A stretch of 64,000 nt of DNA from Verrucomicrobiota bacterium (GTDB lineage Bacteria; Verrucomicrobiota; Verrucomicrobiia; Limisphaerales; UBA1096): the NCBI GenBank assembly GCA_030749225.1, contig JASMKO010000057.1, forward strand, positions 4,724 to 68,723, read 5' to 3'. The number at the start of each line of letters is the position of its first letter. The stretch's first letter is position 1. The notes beneath the pieces were generated by a model. The model made no database searches. It had not been told where the DNA came from and saw only the letters and a program-made list of their open reading frames with translations. Shown here in pieces: positions 26,133-36,084 of this stretch. The translations under genes were made by a program, and so were the position numbers.

Positions 26133-27014
26133 TCATTCACCATGCCACTGGTTTAAGCGCTTGGCCAATCGGGCTTCGGTTCCGGAAGGGCTAATGAGGT
26201 TGGGCAGATCAGTCTTGAGCTGCTCCAACGTCGGGATTTCGCCCCAAGCAGTGACACCGAACACTTCTGCCATTGGCTGAGCCTCAAGGCCCAGTTCGCG
26301 GTTGCGCTTGGTAAAGCGGTGCTCGAGCGTCGAACGCCATTCCTCCTTCGATGCGGGCACATCCATGTCGTGCCGCCCGACCCACGGCAGCCACTCGGTC
26401 ACCTGCGACTGGTGGCACCAGGTCATGTCTACCATTAGCTCAAACGCCGTGCTGACATCCACCGCCAAGTCGTACGAGTTGGCCCCGAACATGTACGAAT
26501 CATATGCGGTTAAGATGACCGGCACCCTGCACGGCTTCGGTTCGGCGTCGTCGGACGGGTATTCCGGCGTGAAGGCGTGCGGCACGTTAATCATGTAGGC
26601 CACCTTGCGCACTGCCTCCGCCACGGCGACGTGATCCACGTGCAGTCCAGCGATCGAATCGGACGGCACCGGCGGGGCGAACAGGTAGTCTGGCTCGAAA
26701 TCGCGGATCGCCTTCCAGAGCGCCGCCAACAAATCGCTGTCCACATTCAGGCATGCCTCGCGCGGCGCCCGCCCATCCGGCAGCAGTAGCGGTTCCACCT
26801 CGCACTGCGCCAGCTTCGCCGATTCCATCTGCTCGGACAGCCGGACGCGCGCCGTCTCCTCCCTCGACATCCGGTGATGCCCCGCCGCCCCGTCGGTGCA
26901 GATAACCAGTCGCGCGCAAAAGTCGGCTCCCAGTTGCCGGCGCCACATCTCGAACGTGCCGGCAGCAGCAAACTCGTAGTCATCAAAATGCGCGTGTACG
27001 AACAGTGCCTTCAT
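26133..27014 (-). CDS. PIG-L/LmbE-family deacetylase
   Basis: I reset the start to ATG 27014 (MKALFVHAHFDDYEFAAAG). AHxDDxE and HVDH motifs are present. Confidence 0.65.
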   Translation of the reverse strand: MKALFVHAHFDDYEFAAAGTFEMWRRQLGADFCARLVICTDGAAGHHRMSREETARVRLSEQMESAKLAQCEVEPLLLPDGRAPREACLNVDSDLLAALWKAIRDFEPDYLFAPPVPSDSIAGLHVDHVAVAEAVRKVAYMINVPHAFTPEYPSDDAEPKPCRVPVILTAYDSYMFGANSYDLAVDVSTAFELMVDMTWCHQSQVTEWLPWVGRHDMDVPASKEEWRSTLEHRFTKRNRELGLEAQPMAEVFGVTAWGEIPTLEQLKTDLPNLISPSGTEARLAKRLNQWHGE

Positions 27015-27074
27015 GAATACCAAAAAAAGGAGAGCCATCACCGGCTCTCCTACAAATTCAATTCACTCTAAGGG

Positions 27075-27341
27075 CTACTCCTTCGGCTTGGCAGCTTCCT
27101 TTTCCTTGGCCTCCTTGGCGTTGCCCACGCCGGCACCAATCAGCCCCCCGACTCCGGCACCGACCAACGCTCCCTTACCAGCCTCGCCGCTCTGGTTGCC
27201 AATAACAGCCCCCGCTGCTGCGCCAATCGCCGCACCCAATCCGGCGCCAACTGCTGTTTTTCTTCCCGGTTCCGTGGCGCAACCGCTGAAAAGCAGTCCT
27301 GCCGTCACCGCCACCAACAAGCTATGTCTAATCGTTGTCAT
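27075..27341 (-). CDS. Small glycine-zipper lipoprotein
   Basis: MTTIRHSLLVAVTAGLLFSGC has a lipobox. It is followed by GAGLGAAIGAAAGAVIG...GALVGAGVGGLIGAGVG, a glycine zipper, and a Lys/Glu-rich tail. Confidence 0.7.
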   Translation of the reverse strand: MTTIRHSLLVAVTAGLLFSGCATEPGRKTAVGAGLGAAIGAAAGAVIGNQSGEAGKGALVGAGVGGLIGAGVGNAKEAKEKEAAKPKE

Positions 27342-27512
27342 ATCTTTTCAATTACCCGCCGGAGTTATCCCAAACTAAATCTGGCCTGTACAAGCCAAAA
27401 CACGCCGAACTAATCCTTGGGCAACTATTTATCCAGCCTCGATTTGCTCACTCCGCAGTACCAAACGCTCGACGAGCCCTTGATTTGAGTGTTTCATCCG
27501 CGGCCACATATC

Positions 27513-30500
27513 ATGCGTAATCTAGCATTTTTTCTAGCAACATTGATCGCGCTTGGCCAGGCGCAGGCAGCCAAACCGCATGCCCTGTTTGTCGTCGGCA
27601 CACACCATTATAGTCCGCACGAAACAATGCCTGCGCTGGCCAGTCAACTCGATGCGCTTGGCTGGAAGACCTCTGTGCTCAACCCCGGGTACAATCCGGA
27701 AAAAAACAGTAAGGGAATCGACGGTCTTGAACTGTTACAGGAGGCCGATGTCGCGATTTTCTACACTCGTTTTCTCACGCTGCCTCCGGATCAGTTTCGT
27801 ATGATCCGCCTTTACCTCGAGGCCGGGAAGCCAGTCGTGGGATTCCGGACCAGCACCCATGCATTCGACTATCCCAAAGGCAACAGCTTGGCCAAATGGA
27901 ACAATGGCTTCGGCCGCGATGCGCTTGGTTCCCAATACTTCGCCCATCTGCAGGGCGACACAACCGTCACCTTGGCCAAGGGCGCCGGAGGTCACCCAAT
28001 CCTTACCGGCATCAATCTGGCCAAACCGATTGCCGCCGCTGGCACATTATACCTCTCCGACCCTGCCCAAGGCTCACAGTCGCTCCTACGCGGCGCAGGC
28101 CAATCCAGCAAACCGGGCAAAAAGACCAACCGATTCGGAACATTCGAAATCAAGCCGACCATGACACAGGATGTCGCCTGGACTTGGAAAAACAAATGGG
28201 GTGGTCGCGTCTTCTACACAACCCTAGGCCACAAGAACAGCTTCGAGAACAGGAACCTGCTGCGACTCTTCATCAATGGAATTTGCTGGGCCGCAGGCGA
28301 AAAGGTACCCCCGGCAAAAACAAGAATTCTTCCCTTGGCCAGACTCAAGTCGCGTGCGGCCAAGGGCAAAAAAGCGGCGACTCGTGCCGATGCCCGCAAC
28401 AAGCAAACCGGAGTGAAACCGGAACCTAAGAGTCCGGAGTTGGCTCAGTACGCATTGTTCGAAAAAACGGCAACTCGCCCTCCAGTAACCTCTCCCGTTA
28501 ACACCCGGTTGCCGCTGAAAATCAAACATGGCATGAACATCGCCTTCATCGGCAACACGCTGCTCGACCGCTCACAGGACTTTGGATACCTAGAGGCACT
28601 GCTGCACCAGGCGCATCCGAACCACGACCTGACGGTTCGCAACCTCGCCTGGCCAGCCGATGCGCTTGGCCTGCAACCGCGCCCGGCGAACTTTGCCGAC
28701 ACTGACCAACACCTGGTTTTCGTGAAGGCCGACCTGGTCTTCGCGACCTTCGGGTTTAACGAGTCATTCGCGGGGCCAGGCGGCTTGGCCAAGTTTCGGA
28801 ACGACCTCGCCGGCTACATCGCGGCAACCAAGGCCAAGGCGTTCAACGGCAAAACCGGACCGCAACTCGTGCTGCTCTCGCCGATTGCCAACGAAGATAT
28901 TGAGGGCGTCCGTGCCGCCGTCAATAACGCGAACCTGCGACTTTACACCGAGGCCATGCGGGACATCGCGGCGAAGCAGCAGATCGGCTTCGTCGATCTT
29001 TTCTCCCCCACCGAGAAGGCAATGGCAGCAGCGGGACACGACCTGACGTTCAACGGCTGCCACCTCAACGACGACGGCTACCGGCTGTTTGCCGACAAGG
29101 TGTTCAAGGCAGTGTTCGGCATCGAGCCTCCGATGGTCGATGAGGAAATCCGTGCGGCGGTCCTAGAAAAAAACAAACAGTTCTTCCGCCGCTTCCGGCC
29201 GGTGAACACGTTTTACTACACTGGCGGACGCAATCGCAGCTACGGCTACCTCGACTTCCTGCCGGCGATGCGCAACTTCGACCTCATGAGCGCCAACCGT
29301 GACCAGCGCATCTGGGACATCACCGAGGGCAAACAGGTGACGACGGTAATCGATGACTCGAACATCCCGCCGCTGCCGCCGACCACGCAGAGCCGCGGTG
29401 CCAACCGCCTGCTCTCGCCCCAGGACGAACTCGGCGAATTTGAAGTTGATCCGCGCTTTGAGGTGAACCTGTTTGCCAGCGAAACAGATTTCCCCGACCT
29501 GGCTTGCCCGATCCAAATGCGATGGGATGCCCGAGGCCGACTGTGGGTTAGTTGCTCAACGACCTATCCGCACGTTTATCCGGGCAATGAACCCAACGAC
29601 AAGTTGATCATCCTTGAGGACACCGACGGCGACGGGCGGGCTGACACATCGAGCGTTTTCGCCGATAATCTGCAGATCCCGTTGTCGTTCGAGTTTGGCG
29701 ACGGCGGCGTGTTCGTGTCGGAGGAACCGCACTTAACGTTCATCCGGGATACCGACGGCGACGGCGACGGCGACACCCGCGAGAAGCTGCTCACCGGTTT
29801 TGGCTGTGAAGATTCGCACCACGCGCTGCACGACTTCGCATGGACACCGGACGGCGACCTGATTTTCCGTGAGGGGATTTTTCATCACAGCCAAATCGAG
29901 ACGCCGTACGGCCCGGTGCGCCAGCAGAACAGCGGCTGGTTCCGCTTCGAGCCGAGGCAACACCGGCTCACCGCATTTGGCACCCACCCGAGCACCAACC
30001 CGTGGGGTGTGACCTTCGATGACTGGGGGCAGCACATGGCCAGCTTCCCGATTTACGCGCAGGCATTCCACGCGCTGGACCCGACCTACCCGGCGCAACA
30101 CCCGCGCCCGAACGGCCTGCGCGCCTACTCCGGCACATGTGGGCAGGAGTTTGTGGATTTCCCCAACTGGCCGGAGGAGATGCAGGGCGGCTTCGTGAAG
30201 GTGCGCTACAAGCCAAGCAACCGTGTCGAGTTCCATCGATGGCATGAGTCCGAGTTCGGCTATGACGAGGAATACGTCAGCAACATCATTTTCTCCCGCA
30301 ACCTCAGCTTCATTCCAGTGGACCTGCGCTACGGGCCGGACGGCGCGATGTACGTGTGCGACTGGTACAACCCGGTCAAGGGTCATGCACAATACTCGCT
30401 GCGCGACGAGCGGCGCGACCGGGTGAGCGGTCGGATCTTCCGCATCATGCCCAAGGGAGCCAAGCCACAGCAGATGCCGCGGATCGCCGGCGCGCCGCTT

Positions 30501-31499
30501 GGCCAACTGCTTGCCATCCTCAAGCGCCCCGAGTACCGCTACCGTTACTGGAGCAAACGCGAACTGCGCGATCGCGACCCAGCCAAGGTCAAGGCCGCGC
30601 TTGATGCGTGGGTGGCCAAGCTCGACCCGGCCGACCCGCGCCATCGACACCATCAGGTCGAGGCCATCTGGCTTTATCGCGGCATCGACGCCGTGAATGC
30701 AGAACTGCTCGCCGAGCTGCTAGAGTGTGACAACCACAACGCCCGTGCCGCGGCGACGCACCAATTGCGATACTGGCACGATCAACTCCAAGACGGCCAA
30801 GCGCTGCTCCGCAAACGCGCCAACGACCCAAACGGCCTCGTGCGCATGGAGGCCGCCATCGCCGCAAGCTACATCGGCACACCCGCCGCGTTAGATGCAC
30901 TGCTCGACACCTTAAAACATCCAAGTATTGGCCACCTCAGCTATGCCATCCGCACCGCGCTTGGCTCACGCACGATCGAGCCGTTGTGGAAAGGTAACGT
31001 GGACCTCGCCGCCGCACACCCGGAACTGCCGAAGTTCATGGCTGCCTTCGATCTCCGCCAGAAAATGTCGCCCAAGCGCAACACTTCTGCCAAGGACGCA
31101 GAGTTTGATTCGCAGAAAAACGTGAAGGTTGTGAGAATCTCGGCGGTGAAGGAGCGGATGCTGTACGACGTCACCCGGTTCGAGGTGCGCGCCGGACAGC
31201 CGGTGCGGATCGACTTCACCAACCCGGATGCCACCGCGCACAACATCGTGATCGTCACCCCTGGTGCCGAGGAAGAAATTGGCCTCGCGGCCAACGAGAT
31301 GGCCAAGAATCCAAAGCAGGCGGAACGCGGCCAGTACATTCCAAAGTCAAAAAAAGTGCTGCATGCCACCCAGATGGTCGCCCCTCTCTCGGCAACGGCT
31401 CTCCGCTTCACCGCACCAAAAAAGCCCGGCGACTACCCATACATCTGCACCTTCCCCGGCCACTGGATCATCATGAAGGGTGTAATGGTCGTGAAGTAG
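27513..31499 (+). CDS. Multidomain periplasmic megaprotein: ThuA-like, SGNH/GDSL hydrolase-like, PVC 'membrane-bound dehydrogenase' beta-propeller-like domain, HEAT repeats and a C-terminal azurin-like cupredoxin
   Basis: I reset the start to ATG 27513 (MRNLAFFLATLIALGQAQA). The ThuA part is FVVGTHHY...RVFYTTLGHKNSFEN. The SGNH part is IAFIGNTLLDRSQ...FGFNESFAG...CHLNDDGY. The dehydrogenase part is FEVNLFASETDFPDLACPIQMRWDARGRLWVS...DTDGDGRAD. The cupredoxin part is AHNIVIV...YPYICTFPGHWIIMKG, matching the azurin ligand pattern H...CxxxxHxxxM. Confidence 0.85.
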   Translation: MRNLAFFLATLIALGQAQAAKPHALFVVGTHHYSPHETMPALASQLDALGWKTSVLNPGYNPEKNSKGIDGLELLQEADVAIFYTRFLTLPPDQFRMIRLYLEAGKPVVGFRTSTHAFDYPKGNSLAKWNNGFGRDALGSQYFAHLQGDTTVTLAKGAGGHPILTGINLAKPIAAAGTLYLSDPAQGSQSLLRGAGQSSKPGKKTNRFGTFEIKPTMTQDVAWTWKNKWGGRVFYTTLGHKNSFENRNLLRLFINGICWAAGEKVPPAKTRILPLARLKSRAAKGKKAATRADARNKQTGVKPEPKSPELAQYALFEKTATRPPVTSPVNTRLPLKIKHGMNIAFIGNTLLDRSQDFGYLEALLHQAHPNHDLTVRNLAWPADALGLQPRPANFADTDQHLVFVKADLVFATFGFNESFAGPGGLAKFRNDLAGYIAATKAKAFNGKTGPQLVLLSPIANEDIEGVRAAVNNANLRLYTEAMRDIAAKQQIGFVDLFSPTEKAMAAAGHDLTFNGCHLNDDGYRLFADKVFKAVFGIEPPMVDEEIRAAVLEKNKQFFRRFRPVNTFYYTGGRNRSYGYLDFLPAMRNFDLMSANRDQRIWDITEGKQVTTVIDDSNIPPLPPTTQSRGANRLLSPQDELGEFEVDPRFEVNLFASETDFPDLACPIQMRWDARGRLWVSCSTTYPHVYPGNEPNDKLIILEDTDGDGRADTSSVFADNLQIPLSFEFGDGGVFVSEEPHLTFIRDTDGDGDGDTREKLLTGFGCEDSHHALHDFAWTPDGDLIFREGIFHHSQIETPYGPVRQQNSGWFRFEPRQHRLTAFGTHPSTNPWGVTFDDWGQHMASFPIYAQAFHALDPTYPAQHPRPNGLRAYSGTCGQEFVDFPNWPEEMQGGFVKVRYKPSNRVEFHRWHESEFGYDEEYVSNIIFSRNLSFIPVDLRYGPDGAMYVCDWYNPVKGHAQYSLRDERRDRVSGRIFRIMPKGAKPQQMPRIAGAPLGQLLAILKRPEYRYRYWSKRELRDRDPAKVKAALDAWVAKLDPADPRHRHHQVEAIWLYRGIDAVNAELLAELLECDNHNARAAATHQLRYWHDQLQDGQALLRKRANDPNGLVRMEAAIAASYIGTPAALDALLDTLKHPSIGHLSYAIRTALGSRTIEPLWKGNVDLAAAHPELPKFMAAFDLRQKMSPKRNTSAKDAEFDSQKNVKVVRISAVKERMLYDVTRFEVRAGQPVRIDFTNPDATAHNIVIVTPGAEEEIGLAANEMAKNPKQAERGQYIPKSKKVLHATQMVAPLSATALRFTAPKKPGDYPYICTFPGHWIIMKGVMVVK

Positions 31500-31506
31500 T
31501 TCACAA

Positions 31507-31542
31507 AAACGCCGTTGGCCAAGCGCTTGACCAACGGCGTTT
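31507..31542. terminator. Bidirectional intrinsic terminator between convergent genes
   Basis: A 12-bp stem pairs AAACGCCGTTGG (31507-31518) with CCAACGGCGTTT (31531-31542). The loop is ccaagcgcttga. It is A-rich 5' and gives a U-run on the minus-strand transcript (…GCGUUUUUG). The HIP-like motif sits at the stem/loop boundary. Confidence 0.6.
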
Positions 31543-31570
31543 CGTGAAGGAAAAAAAATCTGTTTGCCGA

Positions 31571-32317
31571 CTACTTCGCCTCGGGAGCGGCTAGAAGTGC
31601 CTCCACCTTCTCTTCAAGGTCTCCCCGGGCGTTGGTATCGACAAGGTTACCCTGTTTGTCTAGCAACCACATCGCCGGGATGCTGCGGATGCCGTGCGCT
31701 GTCGAGATGCTGTTCTTCCACCCCTTGCCATCGAAATATTGCGGCCACGGCATCTTCTCTTTTTTGACGAACTTGCGCAGTGCACTCTCCTTGCTGTCGA
31801 GGGAGATGCCAACGATCTCGAAACCTTTCGGATGCAATTTTTTGTAGGCCCGCTTGACGTTGGGCAACTCAGCCACACACGGGCCACACCAGGTCGCCCA
31901 GAAATCGACCAGCACCACCTTGCCCTTCATTTTTGACACGTCGACCTTTTTGCCGTCGATGGAGGTGAACTTGATGTCCACCGGCTTGCCGATGCGGTCG
32001 TCCGCCTCCCGCTTGGCCGCAGCCAGCCGAACGTCCTTGCCAGTGATGTCCTTGATGATCGCCTTGACCAAAGTGACGCTTTTGCCACAGGTCTGGTCGT
32101 CGTTGCGGCATTCAGCCACGGTCATCTTGCAGCCGCAGTCGCACCCCTCCGCATTGGCGCGCTTCATGATTTCCGCCTGCTCCTTCTTGCTGAACTGCAT
32201 CAGGTCGATGGACGGTATTTTCTCGTATGCCGTCGGCTTGTTTTCGGATTGCGCCTGTGGCGCAACAGCACCAGCCAGCAACACGGCGGCGATGTATAGG
32301 ATGGATAGTGATCTCAC
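31571..32317 (-). CDS. TlpA/ResA-like periplasmic thiol:disulfide oxidoreductase with a Cys-rich N-terminal domain
   Basis: The signal peptide is MRSLSILYIAAVLLAGAVAPQAQS. The N-domain contains EGCDCGCKMTVAECRNDDQTCG. The thioredoxin-fold active site is LVDFWATWCGPCV. Confidence 0.85.
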   Translation of the reverse strand: MRSLSILYIAAVLLAGAVAPQAQSENKPTAYEKIPSIDLMQFSKKEQAEIMKRANAEGCDCGCKMTVAECRNDDQTCGKSVTLVKAIIKDITGKDVRLAAAKREADDRIGKPVDIKFTSIDGKKVDVSKMKGKVVLVDFWATWCGPCVAELPNVKRAYKKLHPKGFEIVGISLDSKESALRKFVKKEKMPWPQYFDGKGWKNSISTAHGIRSIPAMWLLDKQGNLVDTNARGDLEEKVEALLAAPEAK

Positions 32318-32388
32318 AACTGGGAAAGATTCACCAACGTGCCTTCCCGTGACAAGCTTTATCGTGATCCAAATATCTGTCCCCGCAT

Positions 32389-34344
32389 TTAACGGCGGCG
32401 GCCTCGAGACGCAGGCATCGACTGGATAAACCCTTCGATGACGGAGGAGATCTCATCCGCACTCAATTTGCCGTCGCTGTTTTTGTCGCCGTCGCCGGAC
32501 CATTTTTCGGCGGCGGATTGAACCTCCTCGGCAGTGATTTCACGGTCACCGTCGGAGTCGGTCGCGTAGCTGAAGGCCCGGGCAATGACACCGCTCGGGC
32601 CAATGGGTCCACCGAAGCGATCAGCGGGGCGTCGTTGGCCCCCACGATCCGCTTGGCCACCGATCCGGCCTCCACGCTCACTGGGCTGTTCGCCGAGCAA
32701 CTTGGCAAAACCTTGAATCAGGTCTGGTCGACCAACCGATTTTTCATCACCGGCCCATGCGGCATGCAGTTGTGTCCAAATCTCCTGGAACTTCCCCTTG
32801 GCCAAGCCGGACTCGGCCTTGGAGTGCGCAAGGAATTTTTCCGTGACGCGCTTGGCCAAAGCGGACGCGTCAACGGTCGGTCGAGCAATCACGCCGGCAC
32901 CAGCCGGGCGGCGACCACCAGCACCACCGGGACGACCACCGCGACTGCGCATGAGACGTGCGGTAACTTCCGGTGTATCGCCGTACTGCTGCTGTGCCTT
33001 GGCCAAAGCGGTTTTCAACGCGGCAATCCGCTCGCTGTGCTCCGGCTTAGCGGCGAGATCACTCAGTTCATGCGGGTCGTTTTTCAGGTCGTACAGCGCG
33101 GCGCGATCCTCCTTCGGACGGTAAAACATTTTCCACCGGTCGTCGCGGATAGTGCGCTGGTCGTCCATGTAAGCCGTGAATAGATGATCTCGCACCTTGG
33201 CCTGTTTGCCGTGGATCACTCCAGCCAGGTTTTTGCCCTCGACCTCACCGGGGATAGGCAGGCCAGTCAGCCCGCAGAGCGTCGGGTAAATGTCGTACAG
33301 GTAAACAAGTGCATCCGACGAACCTTTCGGAACACCGGCGCCGCTGGCAAAAATTTGCACGCGCGTCGTGTGCTCGTAAGCGTTGTGTTTGCCGGACTGG
33401 CCGTGGCTGTTCATCGCCATGCCGTGATCGGTGGCGAACAGGACGATCGTGTTGTCCGCTTGGCCGGTTTTTTCGAGCGTGTCGAGTACGCGGCCGATGT
33501 GGTGGTCGAGGTGGGAAATCAGACCGTAGTACGTCGCGTACTGTTGCTTGGCGCGATCCACCGGCGAAGTATCACCGCCTTGGCGACCACGGCCACCGCG
33601 ACCACCACTACGCCGACCGCTGTCTTGTCGCTTGTCGGCCAGATCCGGACGAAGCGCGGAGTGGTTCGGCGGGAGCATGATTTTTTTCGGGTCATACATC
33701 GTTGCCCACTTGCCCGGCGGCGTCACCGGGGAGTGCGGCGCGGTGAACGGGATGTAGCAAAAAAACGGCTGATCCGTTTTCGACTCTCGCTCGATGAAGT
33801 CAATCGCCGCATCGGCGAACAGGTCGGTGGAAAACGTCTCGCCGGCGTCGTACGGCACCATCAACCCGGCAATCATCCGGTGAACCGGCACGTTGACATG
33901 CGTTCTCGCCGCGCCGCCGAAGAACACCGCCTCGGCCTCGTCGAAACATTTCTCGAACGACAACTCGCCGTTGTGCCACTTGCCGCTACAGAACGTCCGG
34001 TAGCCAGCTTTCTGGAACACCTGCGGCATCAGCACCCCGGAGTCGAGTTGCAGCGGGGCACGGAACAGCGGCTTGCCACTCATGATCATCGCACGGCTCG
34101 GCAGGCAGGTGGCAAAAGTCATCGAGCCCTGGATGTACGCCTGGTTGAACACGAAGCCACTGTTGATGATGCGATCCATGTTGGGCGTCCGGATGTCCGG
34201 GTTTCCCAGCGCGCCGAAAGCATCCGGCCGCTGGTCGTCGGTGAAGATGAACAGCACGTTCGGCCGCTTGGCCGCGGCCGCCGCGCTTGTCGAGGCAATC
34301 GCGCCGATCAGCGCAACAAGGAGAGTCAGGGTTCGTTTTGTCAT
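32389..34344 (-). CDS. Cys-type sulfatase (arylsulfatase-A family) with RGG-rich inserts and a C-terminal EF-hand-like pair
   Basis: I reset the start to ATG 34344 (MTKRTLTLLVALIGA...). Supporting motifs are PNVLFIFTDDQRPD and the CxPxR formylglycine motif (TCLPSRAMIMSG). The C-terminus has DSDGDREITAEEV and DKNSDGKLSADEI. Confidence 0.88.
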   Translation of the reverse strand: MTKRTLTLLVALIGAIASTSAAAAAKRPNVLFIFTDDQRPDAFGALGNPDIRTPNMDRIINSGFVFNQAYIQGSMTFATCLPSRAMIMSGKPLFRAPLQLDSGVLMPQVFQKAGYRTFCSGKWHNGELSFEKCFDEAEAVFFGGAARTHVNVPVHRMIAGLMVPYDAGETFSTDLFADAAIDFIERESKTDQPFFCYIPFTAPHSPVTPPGKWATMYDPKKIMLPPNHSALRPDLADKRQDSGRRSGGRGGRGRQGGDTSPVDRAKQQYATYYGLISHLDHHIGRVLDTLEKTGQADNTIVLFATDHGMAMNSHGQSGKHNAYEHTTRVQIFASGAGVPKGSSDALVYLYDIYPTLCGLTGLPIPGEVEGKNLAGVIHGKQAKVRDHLFTAYMDDQRTIRDDRWKMFYRPKEDRAALYDLKNDPHELSDLAAKPEHSERIAALKTALAKAQQQYGDTPEVTARLMRSRGGRPGGAGGRRPAGAGVIARPTVDASALAKRVTEKFLAHSKAESGLAKGKFQEIWTQLHAAWAGDEKSVGRPDLIQGFAKLLGEQPSERGGRIGGQADRGGQRRPADRFGGPIGPSGVIARAFSYATDSDGDREITAEEVQSAAEKWSGDGDKNSDGKLSADEISSVIEGFIQSMPASRGRRR

Positions 34345-34422
34345 GACAGGTGGTTTTGGAAAACGGCCGGGGTTGGAAAAGGTTACAGAAAGATGCCGCT
34401 TACAATTGGCCAAGCGCGTCCG

Positions 34423-36030
34423 CTATTGCCGGCGCTTGGCTTGGATGATGACGTAAGGCGGCTTGTCGAAGGTCGAGCCATCGCCAAGGACGCGCGGGTC
34501 TCGGGCTTTCTTCAAGCGCCCCATCAACTGCTTGTTCAGGCTCTCTTTGACTGCGGCAAACTTCTTGTCGCCAGCCACATTGTTGACTTGATCGGGGTCG
34601 TCAACAAGCACGTACAACTCTTCGTGCGGGCGCTTGGCGAAAGCGTAGTCGTAGTACCACTTCCACTTCTCGTCGTTGCGTCGTTCAATGATCCAAGCCT
34701 TGGTCGGGCTGGCGTCGAGATCGCCGTAAGTGATGAAGGTGTTATTTTCCAACAACCGATATTCAGGTGCGCTGTCCGGGGTAAGGTTGTACGGGTTGCC
34801 CATCGGCCAGCGGTCTGGCGCGAAGTTGATGATGTACAGATAGTCCGTGGTGCGTAGCGCGCGCTGCGGATACGGCAACTGCCCGTCGCGGACCTTCGCG
34901 ACATGGCGTTCGCGGCCGGTTATCACCCAGTTGCGTTTCCTGTCCACGAGCCCCTGAGCCTCTGACTTGAGCACCGGCACGAGGCTTTTGCCAGTCATCA
35001 CTTTCGGGGCACTCACGCCGCCGATCTCGAGAAAGGTCGGCGCCAAGTCCATGAGGTTGACGAAGTCATCCACCACGCGGCCACCCGGCTGGCCCGGCCA
35101 CCAGATCGCCAACGGCACCTGCACTCCGAAATCGTACAGGTTGCATTTGCCGCCGGGAAAACCGGGCGCACCGTGGTCGCCGCTGACAACGACCACCGTG
35201 TTGTCCAGTTCCCCCACCGCCTCGAGCCGCTTGAGGATCAGCCCAAGCGCGGTATCGAACGCCTGCACCTCGCCGAGGTAGTCCGCAAAGTCCTGCCGCA
35301 CCTCGTGCACGTCCGGCAAAAACTTGGGCAGCCTGCCCTTGAGATCGTCCGGGTCGATGCCCCACAAGGTCTTGCCGGAGCCTTTCGTCCATTTGCGATG
35401 CACAAGCGTCGGGCCGAACCAGTAGCAGAACGGCTTGTCGCCATCGCGGTCGGCAAGGAACGCGTTGAAATTCCCGATCACCTCGTCATAGAGCAACTGC
35501 TTGGCGTCCTTGCCCGACATGCCGCCGGCCACGCGCTTGGTGGTCACTTGTGAGAAACCGTTGAACCGGCTGCCACTTTTTTCGTAACCATGTTTGCCCG
35601 CGCCATAGGGGGCATCCCTTGGCGTGCCGGGACTCCAAACCTTGTACGTCTCTCCAATGTGATAGCCGGCATCGCGCAACATCAGCGGATAAACAGGAAT
35701 AGCCGAATCCCACTTGGCCCCCTGCAAAATCGCGCCCATGCCGGTGCGAAAAAAGTATTGGCCGGAGAGCAGCGAACTCCGGCACGGCGTGCACGACGGC
35801 GCCGTGACGAAGGCATGCTTGAAGAGCACCCCCTTGTCGGCGATGCGATCGAACGTCGGCGTCTTGACGACCATGTTCGGCCCCGGCCGCGCCTCCACCT
35901 TGGCGTAGGCGCTGGCGTATTTACCCCAGTCATCGGCAAAGGCAAACAGGATGTTCGGCCGCTTCTCCTTGGCCAAGCCGACCAACGGCAGCAGCGCGCT
36001 CAAGGCAAAAAACAGGATGCGTGTTTTCAT
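34423..36030 (-). CDS. Cys-type sulfatase
   Basis: I reset the start to ATG 36030 ([20 protein letters not shown]). Supporting motifs are [24 protein letters not shown] (CxPxR) and VVVSGDHG. Confidence 0.9.
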   Translation of the reverse strand: MKTRILFFALSALLPLVGLAKEKRPNILFAFADDWGKYASAYAKVEARPGPNMVVKTPTFDRIADKGVLFKHAFVTAPSCTPCRSSLLSGQYFFRTGMGAILQGAKWDSAIPVYPLMLRDAGYHIGETYKVWSPGTPRDAPYGAGKHGYEKSGSRFNGFSQVTTKRVAGGMSGKDAKQLLYDEVIGNFNAFLADRDGDKPFCYWFGPTLVHRKWTKGSGKTLWGIDPDDLKGRLPKFLPDVHEVRQDFADYLGEVQAFDTALGLILKRLEAVGELDNTVVVVSGDHGAPGFPGGKCNLYDFGVQVPLAIWWPGQPGGRVVDDFVNLMDLAPTFLEIGGVSAPKVMTGKSLVPVLKSEAQGLVDRKRNWVITGRERHVAKVRDGQLPYPQRALRTTDYLYIINFAPDRWPMGNPYNLTPDSAPEYRLLENNTFITYGDLDASPTKAWIIERRNDEKWKWYYDYAFAKRPHEELYVLVDDPDQVNNVAGDKKFAAVKESLNKQLMGRLKKARDPRVLGDGSTFDKPPYVIIQAKRRQ

Positions 36031-36084
36031 GATGGCAATCGGGTGCCGATTGTGGCCAAGCGCTTGGCCAAAGCAAGCCACTTG

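Noticed and set aside
33184-34857. 557-aa plus-strand ORF spanning two genes
   Set aside because: It runs antisense across both sulfatase genes and their intergenic gap. It has low-complexity Arg/Val/Gly composition. The sulfatase frames carry diagnostic CxPxR and DDxxxD motifs, so the plus-strand ORF is spurious.
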